Below, in pieces: positions 9,583 to 19,734 of a stretch of 64,000 bases of DNA; the first letter of the stretch is position 1, and each line of letters opens with the position of its first letter. The DNA comes from Patescibacteria group bacterium. GTDB lineage: Bacteria > Patescibacteriota > Microgenomatia > UBA10105 > UBA927. The notes below the pieces were generated by a model that did not search any database, was not told the DNA's origin, and saw only the letters and a list, made by a program, of their open reading frames with translations. A program made the translations under genes and the position numbers. The stretch is taken from contig JBMOPU010000012.1 in assembly GCA_049322955.1 (NCBI GenBank), positions 408,150 to 472,149 on the forward strand. Reading direction: 5' to 3'.

Positions 9583-10443
9583 TTAGATTTGTATTTTTAC
9601 CCCTGGTCCCATTGTAGATGATAGGGATACTTTCGCAACTTTTGAGCCGATTGCGGCAAGCACGGCTTTTACGTTGTCGGCGATGTCGGAGTCACTCGAA
9701 CTCACCTTTCCGATGCCCATGTGGATAATGGGATTTCCCGGTTCGGTTTTGATGTTCACCTGTCCGCTGGAAAGTTCTTTAGCGCGCTTTTCCGGATCAG
9801 GGCTTACGGTACCGGTTTTGGGATTCGGCATAAGGCCTCGGGGTCCCAATACACGGGCAACTTTGGCGAGCTTCGGCATCATTTGCGGGTGGGCGACCAA
9901 CACGTCAAAGTTGATTTTACCGGCTTCGATTTCCGCAATGATTTTGTCATCGGCGATCGCCACGCGTACCTCTTTTCCGGTACTGTGGGGAAGGTTCACG
10001 CTGGTGCGGTAATCCTTCTTATCGCCCAACGAAAGTGGATTCAAGTTAACATGGAGTTCCACGGTGCCGTCAAATTTGGTTATACTGGTTTTTTTGACGA
10101 GACTGATCGCATCGTTGAGCGGATAGAGCTTGGTTTTATCAACCATGCCCATGACTTCCTGATACCGCTTGGAACGTACTTTTGCTTTTACGACTTTCTT
10201 TTTTTCGGCTTTCTTCTTGCTTTCCTGGGGAGTTTCGCCGCTTTCCACTTCTTCAATGAGTTTTTTGAATTCCGGTTTGATGTCCGTGCCTTCCATGGCA
10301 ACGGTTCGTTCGCCGCCTTTTAAGCCCACGCCTTCGACCTTGGCCTTTTTACTGGCTTTGGTTTGGCGTCTGGCTTCCGCTTTTCGCTTTGCTTCGTTTT
10401 CTGCCGCCTCGTCGCCGAGGGTGACTGCTCGTATTTTTCCCAT
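9583..10443 (-). CDS. rplA: 50S ribosomal protein L1 (with N-terminal extension)
   Basis: KFDGTVE, LPHSTGK, LGPRGLMPNPKTGTV, SSTMGPG. Confidence 0.97.
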   Translation of the reverse strand: MGKIRAVTLGDEAAENEAKRKAEARRQTKASKKAKVEGVGLKGGERTVAMEGTDIKPEFKKLIEEVESGETPQESKKKAEKKKVVKAKVRSKRYQEVMGMVDKTKLYPLNDAISLVKKTSITKFDGTVELHVNLNPLSLGDKKDYRTSVNLPHSTGKEVRVAIADDKIIAEIEAGKINFDVLVAHPQMMPKLAKVARVLGPRGLMPNPKTGTVSPDPEKRAKELSSGQVNIKTEPGNPIIHMGIGKVSSSDSDIADNVKAVLAAIGSKVAKVSLSSTMGPGVKIQI

Positions 10444-10446
10444 AGG

Positions 10447-10872
10447 TTACTCCACGTCAATGCCCATGCTTCGTGCGGTTCCCGCAACGACTTTCATGGC
10501 CGCTTCAACATTATCGGTATTTAAATCGGCAAGTTTGTCTTTGGCAATTTGCTCCACTTGTGCCTTGGAAAGTTTGCCTGCCACCTCACGACCGGCTTTG
10601 CCGCCGCCTTTATCCAGGCCCAAGGTTTTTTTAATCATGGCGGCAACGGGAGGGAGTTTGGTGACAAAGGTGAACGTGCGATCGTCAAATACCGTAATGA
10701 CGGCGGGAATCGTTTGTCCGTCAAGTTTTGCCGTGCGCTCATTGTATGCCTTCACGAACTCCATGATGTTGAGTCCGTGTTGTCCGAGCGCCGGTCCCAC
10801 GGGCGGAGCCGCAGTGGCTTTTCCTGCAGGCAAATTCAATTTTAAGAGTGTTTTGACTTTTTTGGCTGGCAT
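10447..10872 (-). CDS. rplK: 50S ribosomal protein L11
   Basis: AGKATAAPPVGPALGQHG, GTARSMGI. Confidence 0.98.
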   Translation of the reverse strand: MPAKKVKTLLKLNLPAGKATAAPPVGPALGQHGLNIMEFVKAYNERTAKLDGQTIPAVITVFDDRTFTFVTKLPPVAAMIKKTLGLDKGGGKAGREVAGKLSKAQVEQIAKDKLADLNTDNVEAAMKVVAGTARSMGIDVE

Positions 10873-11009
10873 ATAAACGGGGGAAACGGAAACGAAGCAA
10901 AAAGAAGTGACTTTCTGTTCGAAACCGTCCCGGTTTCTCCCTCTACGCGCCTTCCGGCGTTACGAGGTACATTGGAATATAACACATCGCATATCCGTTC
11001 CGCAAGGGA

Positions 11010-11816
11010 TTATTGTCCCGAACAGAATAACTGTGTACACGTTGATTGCATTTGGCTGTTTGCCATGGAACAGCCGCTAGGGCAGGTACGGGTCCCGTTG
11101 TTGAACTGTGCACACATACTCATGCAGGTCGGCCGGTACGCGCTCGGTACGCCGTTACATTTATCCGTACAAGAAAATGTTGCCGCCGTTGTCGGTGCCG
11201 GTGTGCCGGAAGCAGATGGTGTACCGGAAGGCGTCTGATCACCAAAATACTTTTTGCAACTGGAGAGAAGCACGGGAACGGCCTGGCTATTTACCGCTCT
11301 TAGGGCGCCTCCGGAAAATGCGGATTCACAGCTTTTTTCACCTGATTTTACGGTCTTGCATGCGGCGGCACATTGTGACTTCGCTTCACTGGCATTTCTT
11401 CCGACGGCATACTTACAAACCGCACCTTTGTTACTACAGGGATCGGCAACCCATTGATTACATTCCCTCATACAAACGCTCCCCGCACTCCAGTCGCGTT
11501 CTTCGCCGCGTCGGTTCGTGACGGTGCCTGCTCCCCGGACGTTTTCCTTACAAAACTGGTTGCAGGTCATTTCTCCCGACACCACCGCCGGACAGTCTAA
11601 TGCACACGCGGCCTTATCGGTGATGAATGCGGCGTTTCTTCCCGTGGTGTTGCATGCACTGGTGCATTTTGCGACGCCGTCATATGAGGCGCGACTGCGA
11701 ATATCCGTGGACAATGTACCGAACACCGCCGCGGCAATGATGGTCATAAATGCCACGACAAGAGGAATAATAAGTACTAATTTGGATGAACCGCCCTGAT
11801 GAACTCGTGTTTTCAT
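11010..11816 (-). CDS. Membrane-anchored cysteine-rich repeat protein
   Basis: GAAGGAG RBS; TM helix followed by DIRSRA; repeated CxxxC motifs. Confidence 0.75.
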   Translation of the reverse strand: MKTRVHQGGSSKLVLIIPLVVAFMTIIAAAVFGTLSTDIRSRASYDGVAKCTSACNTTGRNAAFITDKAACALDCPAVVSGEMTCNQFCKENVRGAGTVTNRRGEERDWSAGSVCMRECNQWVADPCSNKGAVCKYAVGRNASEAKSQCAAACKTVKSGEKSCESAFSGGALRAVNSQAVPVLLSSCKKYFGDQTPSGTPSASGTPAPTTAATFSCTDKCNGVPSAYRPTCMSMCAQFNNGTRTCPSGCSMANSQMQSTCTQLFCSGQ

Positions 11817-11924
11817 AAAAACTCCTTCATTAATAAAAAGCATGCTATCTTTCATGGGAGATGTCAAGAGCATCGGGTAACTCCCACTTGATTTGATCGG
11901 GTAAATTCGCAATGATAATGAAAG

Positions 11925-13067
11925 ATGGCAAAGTCAAAAAAGAAATCATCCAAAGTTTCCGTATCAAAATCCGTCCGTCGGACGTGGGTATGGCGGCTTG
12001 TTGATCCTAAGACGGCGCTTTTTTTGGTACTGTTAATTATCGGCATCGTCGTAACGGTACTTGCTTCGATTCAATCTACCCGTCCTATTAACTTTGCCGC
12101 GTGTAACGACTCGGGCTGTGCCAACGTCAAAAACGGCAGTTACTGGATGATTACCAACTGTACCAACACGGATGATCCTGACGGGGATCAACAGCTTTGT
12201 AATGTGAAAGGGAGGATCGGACAGTGCGGCGGCAAGGATTACTGCTGTCCTTCGTCGGGTGGTCAGTGGACTACGAATATGAGTGCGTGTGCGACGCCGA
12301 CTCCCACGCGAACACCGACACAGCGGCCCACCAGTACGCCCACGCGAACACCGACTCCGACGCGGACGCCAACGCCGACGCCTACAACGACGCCGCGCCC
12401 GACCAGTACCCCACGACCGACGGCGACGCCGAGAGCAACCAGTACATTGCGCCCGACCAGTACCATTCGTCCGAGTGTGTCGCCGACCCCCACCAAAGCG
12501 CCGACCGTTGCGGAAGCATGCGGAAAAAGCTGTGTTACCGATGCCGACTGCCAGCTTGGCTTTGTCTGTACGACTGTATTTGCCACCATTCGTGCATGCC
12601 GCAACCGTCAATGCGACCAGGATCAGGGATGTCTGTGCGACGGTACCAGCGGCTCATTTTTCTTTGCAACACCTACCCCTGGACCGGGTTCGGTGGCCAT
12701 TCGAAGCCTGCCGCTTACTGTAGGAAGCTTTGCGGATAGCAAAGGACAATCGGGTGCACAACCGACCATCACGGGTATTTCGGAACCGGATGCAAAGATC
12801 ACGATTACCGTATATCCTGACGGTATCGGCGGTGAAGTCTATGCCGATAAAAACGGCAAATGGTCCTATAAATTCACCAAGAAATTGACGCCGGGCTCAA
12901 AGAGTATCTTGGTCGTCGCCACCAAGCCCGACGGGCAGGCACAGGTGAGCAAAACATTTACCGTTGTTGGCGGGGGAGGCGGCAATCCCTTCGGGCTTAT
13001 TCTGCTCGTCATGATCCTGGCGGCAGTAGGCTTCGGTGTCTACGTGTACGTCAAGTCAAACCAGTAA
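11925..13067 (+). CDS. Surface protein: TM, Cys-rich module, Pro/Thr linker, Ig-like domain, C-terminal TM
   Basis: PT repeats; PTITG.SEP...ADKNGKWSY (bacterial Ig-like); hydrophobic termini. Confidence 0.8.
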   Translation: MAKSKKKSSKVSVSKSVRRTWVWRLVDPKTALFLVLLIIGIVVTVLASIQSTRPINFAACNDSGCANVKNGSYWMITNCTNTDDPDGDQQLCNVKGRIGQCGGKDYCCPSSGGQWTTNMSACATPTPTRTPTQRPTSTPTRTPTPTRTPTPTPTTTPRPTSTPRPTATPRATSTLRPTSTIRPSVSPTPTKAPTVAEACGKSCVTDADCQLGFVCTTVFATIRACRNRQCDQDQGCLCDGTSGSFFFATPTPGPGSVAIRSLPLTVGSFADSKGQSGAQPTITGISEPDAKITITVYPDGIGGEVYADKNGKWSYKFTKKLTPGSKSILVVATKPDGQAQVSKTFTVVGGGGGNPFGLILLVMILAAVGFGVYVYVKSNQ

Positions 13068-13103
13068 GTGCTTCCTTGCCGTGATCCTGTATAATTCCAG
13101 CGT

Positions 13104-13325
13104 ATGACCCGTCGCGGCGTCCAACCTCTTGATCCTGCACTTGACCGTGCGATTGCATCGTTACCCCAGGAAACACAAAAGCGGCTCAATATACTGCGGC
13201 TTCGCCTGCTTCTTGCCCCCGGTGTAAAAAAATGGTTGGGAAAAGATCCCGAACCTCTCACCGAGGATGAACAAAAGGCACTTCAGGAACTTTCTACAGT
13301 ACTCCGGGGCAAAGAAAACGGTTAA
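13104..13325 (+). CDS. Small hypothetical protein
   Basis: TATAAT just upstream of ATG; 73 aa. Confidence 0.55.
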   Translation: MTRRGVQPLDPALDRAIASLPQETQKRLNILRLRLLLAPGVKKWLGKDPEPLTEDEQKALQELSTVLRGKENG

Positions 13326-14560
13326 CGTCGGTGTTCTCTTTGTATCATGGCAACTCCGATAAGTGCGATGACTCCGCTTACACCCGTCGTTACCCTCATG
13401 GCGAGCGTTTGATCAATTGTGGCAAGCATAAAAAATATTCCGTACATCCCGACACGCCCGATATTGATAAACCATTCCCGATCGATGATCACGTCATAGT
13501 GCGAGACCTTTGACCGCTTCACCTCCTCATCCATGAGATCCATGATTTTCGGTTCGTTAGCGGTCCAAATCAAATTATCCGTAAGATTGGCGACAATGAC
13601 ATACCAGAGAACGGAAAACGCGCTGATACCGAATAAGAGCGGGGTTCCCGACACGATAAAACTCCACAATAGTCCGATGAATACGGGATAAAATGCCCGT
13701 TGCCGGTATTTTCTGCCGAATATATAGGTGATCAGTGCGGTTACCCCGGCCATACCGCTACTTATCGATCCCAATACACCCTCGTTTCCCAATGCGGTGA
13801 GGATAAGGACGGAAGGGAGAACGTACAGCGGAACATCGGCACACCCCAGTGCAACAGATAAAAATCGCGCCTGTTTCCAGGATGAGGAAAACGGTTTCCT
13901 GTTGTTGCGGCTGAGTAATTCCGGTGTGTGAACGCTTATGCCACGCACGACCGCTCCCGCGATAAGAAGGAGGATGAATGCGGCGGCCACTAACACCTGG
14001 TACGCCGCCTGTACCGAAGGAACAATCGCCTGATGCGTCATGAGGACGATAAGCCAGCCTGCAATAAACGGAACAACGATCCCCGAAACGGTGGAAAGGG
14101 TAAATTGCAGTCCCGTAAAGTAGCTTCTGGTTTCCGGTGTGGTATGTCGAAGCGTAAGAAAGTTCCTGTTGGCCCAGTAGATGCCGTTTGCCAGCCCGTA
14201 AAGGATTCCATACCCCAGGAACGCCCAGGGAGTGTGCACTTCATAAAAGACCACCATCAGTGAGCTCATGCCCGTCATCACGACGCTTGCGGCATACAAT
14301 TTTTTGAGAGAGATGCGGGAAAGCAACCACTTATTGGCGATAAATACCGGAGGAAGTACGACAAAGTTACCGATGTAATACAGAATGAGAAGGAGGATAT
14401 TTTTCTCCGTTTGCCATATGTAGGCACTGGTAAAAAGCGAGAGAAGGGGGTAAGCGGCACTTCGTAAAAAGTAGGAGATAGCCAGTCGTTTTGCCGTTTC
14501 CGGCATCATCACAAAATGATCTGACTCGCGGCGAAAACGGGCAAGGATCGCCGACAGCAT
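13322..14560 (-). CDS. MFS transporter
   Basis: ~12 hydrophobic segments; GLANGIYW motif. Confidence 0.8.
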   Translation of the reverse strand: MLSAILARFRRESDHFVMMPETAKRLAISYFLRSAAYPLLSLFTSAYIWQTEKNILLLILYYIGNFVVLPPVFIANKWLLSRISLKKLYAASVVMTGMSSLMVVFYEVHTPWAFLGYGILYGLANGIYWANRNFLTLRHTTPETRSYFTGLQFTLSTVSGIVVPFIAGWLIVLMTHQAIVPSVQAAYQVLVAAAFILLLIAGAVVRGISVHTPELLSRNNRKPFSSSWKQARFLSVALGCADVPLYVLPSVLILTALGNEGVLGSISSGMAGVTALITYIFGRKYRQRAFYPVFIGLLWSFIVSGTPLLFGISAFSVLWYVIVANLTDNLIWTANEPKIMDLMDEEVKRSKVSHYDVIIDREWFINIGRVGMYGIFFMLATIDQTLAMRVTTGVSGVIALIGVAMIQREHRR

Positions 14561-14565
14561 AGGCG

Positions 14566-15186
14566 TTACAGTTTGGCGATTTGGAGGAAGTCGAGTTCCA
14601 CAGGGGTTTCGCGACCGAAGATAGAAACCAAAACTTTGACTTTGCCTTTTTCTTCGTCGATGGATTCGATGGTTCCCAAAAAGTCCGCAAACGGTCCGTC
14701 CACGATTTTGACCGCTTCGGATACGGAGAAGCTTGCCTTGTATTTGGGAGCTTCCATCGCCATGAATTTGCGGATCGCATCAACCTCACGGTCAGAAATA
14801 GGAGTCGGTTTGTTTCCGGCGCCCACGAATGCGGTAACTCCCTGTGTTGTGCGGACGGCGAGCCAGCTGTCGTCATCAAGAATCATTTTGACGAGAATAT
14901 ACCCCGGGAAAATCTTTTCTTTGATTTCTTCCTTCTTTCCGTGGCTTACTTTCACGACATTTCTCGTGGGAACGACGATATCAAAGATTTTATGAGTAAG
15001 CTTTTGGGTTTCGATGCGTTGTTTTAAGTTAGCCGCCACTTTGTTTTCATGGCCTGAATAGGTGTGGACGACATACCATCTGCCGCTTTCCGAGAGATTG
15101 ACCGCAGGAGTTTCCTCAACGGGAGGCATGGTTGCCGTAACTTCTTCGGTTTTTACTGCTTCTTTCGGTTCCTGTTGTGTATCCAT
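14566..15186 (-). CDS. nusG: Transcription termination/antitermination factor NusG
   Basis: WYVVHTYSGHE, FPGYILV, KOW GPFADF, IFGRETPVEL. Confidence 0.98.
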   Translation of the reverse strand: MDTQQEPKEAVKTEEVTATMPPVEETPAVNLSESGRWYVVHTYSGHENKVAANLKQRIETQKLTHKIFDIVVPTRNVVKVSHGKKEEIKEKIFPGYILVKMILDDDSWLAVRTTQGVTAFVGAGNKPTPISDREVDAIRKFMAMEAPKYKASFSVSEAVKIVDGPFADFLGTIESIDEEKGKVKVLVSIFGRETPVELDFLQIAKL

Positions 15187-15191
15187 AAGTA

Positions 15192-15413
15192 TTATTTAAA
15201 CAACATCGTCGTTATATTGACAAATAAAATATCCAATCCGCCGATAAAAAGTCCGACGGCAAGCGATATAAAGATTACCGCCGCGGTCAGTTTAACGGTC
15301 TCATCCCGAGTAGGCCAGGTGACTTTCCTCAGTTCACTTGCCACTTCCGAAAAAAATTTCGTCGGTGCGACATTCGGCAAGGCAGGTGCTGTCGGTTTTT
15401 GCATAGTGTTCAC
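15192..15413 (-). CDS. secE: Preprotein translocase subunit SecE
   Basis: ELRKVTWPTR + one TM; upstream of nusG. Confidence 0.95.
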   Translation of the reverse strand: MNTMQKPTAPALPNVAPTKFFSEVASELRKVTWPTRDETVKLTAAVIFISLAVGLFIGGLDILFVNITTMLFK

Positions 15414-15482
15414 CTAACAAAAGCCCCCTCCCCGGGGACAAGGGATACTATACCAAAAAAACAGGCGTCTTGTAAAGAGCCA

Positions 15483-17435
15483 CTACTGGCATGAAAACGC
15501 TTTGTACGGTGCAAGTACCTTGTTATCCGCGTAGCCGGGGTCCGGGCTATTTGCTCCGAACTCGGGTGGCGGCGGCATGGTGCCGTCCGGACAAAACGGC
15601 AGACTACCTACCCACAGCCCTACATGACTTTGGACGATCTTGTCGTCGCTCCATGAAGACGGAGAACAGGTGCCCGCGGATGCCGACGTCATCGGTCTGT
15701 TATAGCAGGTGGCGGGCGTCCTTGGATACAGCCCCCACATACTGAGTGCTTTGCCGAGTGCGGCGACGCTGTCCAACAGGTTGCACGGGTTGATCGTTTC
15801 CTGCGTCCTGCTCGGATCAATTTTCTGGACGGCGTTCCACACGTCACTGCCGCCGCCTGTTCCCCAGAACCAATAGGGAATCATACCCGTTCCGACGATT
15901 GCCTTACTGCATTGTTCGGAATTGGCGCCACCTACATGACAATTTGCGAATGCATTATCCTCAAGCGGGCAATTCGGCATGGTTTGACCGCAGGTGCTCC
16001 ATTTGATGACGTTTTCATCGGTCCAGGCATCCGCGCCGGTAAACGGTCCCGATTGGTAAAGGGTCGGATCCAGTTGCGTTGATACAAACGCTCCCTCGTG
16101 ATACATGGCCGCAAGGATTGAAGCGGGGGGTACGCCGAATGCCTGTCCGACTTGTTCCACCATATTAATGAGGTTTTGCGGCAGTTTATTTCCGGGGACC
16201 GTTCCCGATTCCGCCCAACCGGACATATTGGGACTGCATTGGTTACACGATGATGAACCGGTAAATTTCGGCGGTTCGCCGCCGCAGGCGAGTACGATCG
16301 GACTGCACTCCGGACGAATTAACAGTTTTCCTCCGATCGCCGCGGTGTCCTGGAGATTTCCCATAGACGTATTTGACGTGTCCGGCACCGAATAGCACGC
16401 CGCCTGTTTTTGTCGGACCTCCGATTGGTTTCTGATATCGTAACTTGCCAGGAACGGGCGCTGTTTAAAACCCAGAACACTGATCTCGTAGGGTTGTTTC
16501 GATGCGTCTTCGAGCGGTTTTTTGTCCTCTTCCCTGAGGGTGAAGGCGGTGTAGCCGCCGCTTTCCGGTGAATTGCCGCTAAATTCACCCGCCTCGTTTC
16601 CGGGACAGCCGCCGTCATGACATCCGACGTGATACCAGGGAAACATTTTTTTCTCGGTAAGGATAACGTCGTCTTTATGAGGTTCTTTCTCGTATTCCTG
16701 ACGTTCGACCCATTCGCCGATGGCCTCTACGAATTCGCGGACGATTGTCATGATCGTAGTGGTCTCAAACCCGTAAACCGCCGTGCCGGCACCGAATTGC
16801 GCAAACTGGGTGACGTCAACTTCCACCGGATCCCGTTCGAATCCCAAATCATGTCTTTTGCAGTCTTCGGCAGGATTCATGCCGCCTATCGTCTTAGAAG
16901 GAAGGTTAAAATCCACTATACCGCTATCGTTCGGATCAACCGGGCTAATTCCCAGCCATCCGTCTGCCTCCCGTGCTTTTTGGAAATCAAGTGGCGCGAA
17001 AGGAATGTCCGGTGTTTTTTGGAACGTCGTGGATATGTAACAGTCAGTCGGTTCCGGGTGATTGGAGTGTTCCGCATCGGTTTTGAGGATGGCGCCGTAA
17101 TACGAAGTGTAATAAATGGGGTTTGCTCCCGCATCCCAATCGATATGTTTTCCGTCGTCCTTATAATTTTGCGGCGTTAGATATTCGCTAAATGCGGCTT
17201 TCCAAGTGGCGGTGGGCTGATGATCAGGGCCCGCAAGTTCACCGTCCTGCGTGAAAAACGGAATAACGAGACCGCTGATGTCGAAACCGAATTTTTGTCC
17301 CGTTTTAATAATCACCGAGCCGAATTTGTTGAGACGCACGGTAGTGTATGCGCGGTCATCGGATGCCAATGCAGGGGTAAGCGGGGCACAGATAATTGCA
17401 CCGGCAAGTATCGCTATGGTAAGAAAGCGTTTCAT
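15483..17435 (-). CDS. Large secreted protein with C-terminal lysozyme/lytic-transglycosylase-like domain
   Basis: Signal peptide ending PALA; GVPPASILAAMYHEG resembles the SLT catalytic-Glu motif; many Cys. Confidence 0.6.
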   Translation of the reverse strand: MKRFLTIAILAGAIICAPLTPALASDDRAYTTVRLNKFGSVIIKTGQKFGFDISGLVIPFFTQDGELAGPDHQPTATWKAAFSEYLTPQNYKDDGKHIDWDAGANPIYYTSYYGAILKTDAEHSNHPEPTDCYISTTFQKTPDIPFAPLDFQKAREADGWLGISPVDPNDSGIVDFNLPSKTIGGMNPAEDCKRHDLGFERDPVEVDVTQFAQFGAGTAVYGFETTTIMTIVREFVEAIGEWVERQEYEKEPHKDDVILTEKKMFPWYHVGCHDGGCPGNEAGEFSGNSPESGGYTAFTLREEDKKPLEDASKQPYEISVLGFKQRPFLASYDIRNQSEVRQKQAACYSVPDTSNTSMGNLQDTAAIGGKLLIRPECSPIVLACGGEPPKFTGSSSCNQCSPNMSGWAESGTVPGNKLPQNLINMVEQVGQAFGVPPASILAAMYHEGAFVSTQLDPTLYQSGPFTGADAWTDENVIKWSTCGQTMPNCPLEDNAFANCHVGGANSEQCSKAIVGTGMIPYWFWGTGGGSDVWNAVQKIDPSRTQETINPCNLLDSVAALGKALSMWGLYPRTPATCYNRPMTSASAGTCSPSSWSDDKIVQSHVGLWVGSLPFCPDGTMPPPPEFGANSPDPGYADNKVLAPYKAFSCQ

Positions 17436-17535
17436 CCGTATGAATATCTTACCAAATTGACAAATCCGATAAAAGCGGAATACAATTGAGAAAGCTTAGC
17501 GGAACTTGATCTTTCTTCTAAGCTCCTTTTTTTCT

Positions 17536-18417
17536 ATGGCGTCAAAGCCTACCAAAATTCGCAAAGCAGTCATCCCCGCCGCAGGGTTCGGGACCCGGTT
17601 TCTTCCGCAGACCAAAGCAATGCCGAAGGAGATGCTCCCCATCGTCGATAAACCCGTCATCCAATACGTTGTCGAGGAACTGGTGGCAAGCGGGATAACG
17701 GACATCGTGATCGTCACCGGTTGGCACAAACGATCGATTGAAGATCATTTTGATTATCCCAACGAGTTGTTGCAAACGCTTAAAGAGCAGGGGAAAGAAG
17801 AACTTGCCGCCGAAGTGAAGCGAACGGCTGAACTTGCAAACTTTATCTATATCCGACAAAAAGGCCCGTACGGAAACGGTACGCCCGTTTTGTGTGCAAA
17901 GAATGTGATCGGCGATGAACCGTTTGTCGCCATCTGGGGAGACGAATTCATCTACAGCAAACCGCCCCGGGCACGCCAATGCATCGATGTGTTTGAAAAA
18001 TACGGTGACCCCGTCATTTCCGCCATTCAGGTGGCGAAGGATGATGTGTCCCGGTACGGCATCGTGGAAGCGACCAAGGTAGAAGATAGCGTCTATCAGA
18101 TCAAAAAACTGATCGAAAAACCCAAAAAAGAAGAAGCGCCGAGTAATCTTGCCGCTCACGGCTGTTACGTATTGACCCCGGATATTTTTCCGATTCTTGA
18201 AAACCTGAGTCCCGGCAAAAGCGGGGAGATATGGCTCACCGACGCTATCCGTGAGCTTATGAAGTCGCGTCCCGTCTATGCGTGCGAGGTACAGGGAGGC
18301 CGGTATTATGACACTGGCAACAAGCTCGAGTATCTTAAAACCGTGGTGGAATTTGCGCTGGCGCACAAAGACTTGAACGGGGAGTTTCGCGATTACCTCA
18401 AATCCTTGAAGTTGTAA
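17536..18417 (+). CDS. galU: UTP-glucose-1-phosphate uridylyltransferase
   Basis: KAVIPAAGFGTRFLP.TKA.PKEMLPIVDKP, EIWLTDAI. Confidence 0.95.
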   Translation: MASKPTKIRKAVIPAAGFGTRFLPQTKAMPKEMLPIVDKPVIQYVVEELVASGITDIVIVTGWHKRSIEDHFDYPNELLQTLKEQGKEELAAEVKRTAELANFIYIRQKGPYGNGTPVLCAKNVIGDEPFVAIWGDEFIYSKPPRARQCIDVFEKYGDPVISAIQVAKDDVSRYGIVEATKVEDSVYQIKKLIEKPKKEEAPSNLAAHGCYVLTPDIFPILENLSPGKSGEIWLTDAIRELMKSRPVYACEVQGGRYYDTGNKLEYLKTVVEFALAHKDLNGEFRDYLKSLKL

Positions 18418-18427
18418 ATTACCGCTC

Positions 18428-19168
18428 CTATCCCTGAGGCGCCTCTCCGTAGATAATAACTTTGGTTCCCGGGTTGTCTTCTTTGGCAAGCGTGCTCCAT
18501 GCCTTATCGTTGGTGACAACGGGCGTCGCCCAATCATACAGAATCTTCGCCTCTTCCGTTTTCATATTCACGCATCCGTGCGACATCGGCGTGCCGAAGT
18601 TATCATGCCAGTACGTACCGTGGAACGAAAATCCGCGCATTTTCGCTATCTGCGCGTTGTAAAAGAACATCACCCACGGAACATTCGGAAGATAATAATA
18701 GGTATGAAGTTCCTTTGACCCGCCGCTCATGAGCTGGCTTTTGACTTTCGCCCAAATGGTAAATTCGCCCGTCGGGGTTCTGCCCCACTTACCCGTCGAA
18801 ACCGTAAATTCGTACACCTTGATATTGCTTTCATAGGCATACACTTTTTGGTTGGTAAGATCAACCTCAATGCGTTTATCGGTACTCGGCGTCGTCTCGA
18901 TGCCCAGTACTCGGGTGAACGCGGCAAAGGCGGCAAGTTTCGGGGCAACGACTGATTTTTCGTGAAACGTTGCATCCGTTTGCTCTGCAGGCTCGGGAAG
19001 CGTTTTCCCGTTTTCAAGTGCTTTCAGAGAACGAAAGTCGGCAAGCGGTTTATCCTCATGCATCAGTTGTTGCATGGGGATTGAGATAAACGCCATGGCT
19101 CCGGCAAAGAGGGCGATAAGCCCTATGACACCGGGAATATATGAACCGGATTTTTTTGTCTCGGCCAT
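18428..19168 (-). CDS. L,D-transpeptidase (YkuD family)
   Basis: VSTG...TPTG, FHG......SHGCVNM; N-terminal TM. Confidence 0.92.
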   Translation of the reverse strand: MAETKKSGSYIPGVIGLIALFAGAMAFISIPMQQLMHEDKPLADFRSLKALENGKTLPEPAEQTDATFHEKSVVAPKLAAFAAFTRVLGIETTPSTDKRIEVDLTNQKVYAYESNIKVYEFTVSTGKWGRTPTGEFTIWAKVKSQLMSGGSKELHTYYYLPNVPWVMFFYNAQIAKMRGFSFHGTYWHDNFGTPMSHGCVNMKTEEAKILYDWATPVVTNDKAWSTLAKEDNPGTKVIIYGEAPQG

Positions 19169-19225
19169 ACTTTTCACTATCGTACCTTTTTCCGTTTTTG
19201 TCAAAGCGTGGTATATACTGGGTAT

Positions 19226-19729
19226 ATGTACCGATCCATGCTTCGTATCAAAGGGCTCGGATTTATCCTTTGGCAAGCCCGTCATATGGCGTATCACGTC
19301 ATGTTGGGTCTCCTGTGGGTATGGTTGCTTCGCGAGCTGTGGGGCGAATTTAACATTGTCTGGGTTATCGTGGGAGCCGTAGGCAGTGTGCTCCCTGATA
19401 TAGATCATATCCACTATTTCTTAACGTACGGCAGGCAGGATAGCTATACGAAGGAAATATTTTCATTCATAAAAAAACGGCAGTGGCGCCGACTTTTTCA
19501 GTTCATTGCGACGGGACACAAACACAATACCAGCCTTACGTTCCATAACATTTATGTCACGGCAATTTTCTTTGTCATCACGGGGTTTGCCATGGTCGTG
19601 GATTGGCATACGGGAGTGGTGCTTTGCGGCGCGATCGTGAGCCACTATCTGTTCGATATGGCCGATGACATGGTGCAATTGGGAGAAATTAATCCCAATT
19701 GGATACGCTGGGGCAGACCGAGGAAGTAA
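19226..19729 (+). CDS. Membrane metal-dependent hydrolase (YdjM/LexA-binding-like)
   Basis: H...LPDIDH...FH...SHYLFD. Confidence 0.75.
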   Translation: MYRSMLRIKGLGFILWQARHMAYHVMLGLLWVWLLRELWGEFNIVWVIVGAVGSVLPDIDHIHYFLTYGRQDSYTKEIFSFIKKRQWRRLFQFIATGHKHNTSLTFHNIYVTAIFFVITGFAMVVDWHTGVVLCGAIVSHYLFDMADDMVQLGEINPNWIRWGRPRK

Positions 19730-19734
19730 CTCTG

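Noticed and set aside
10876-10945. L1-binding leader upstream of rplK
   Set aside because: A hairpin is present, but the L1-site consensus could not be confirmed by eye.
12290-12500. DNA tandem-repeat element
   Set aside because: Explained by the Pro/Thr linker codons of the surface protein.
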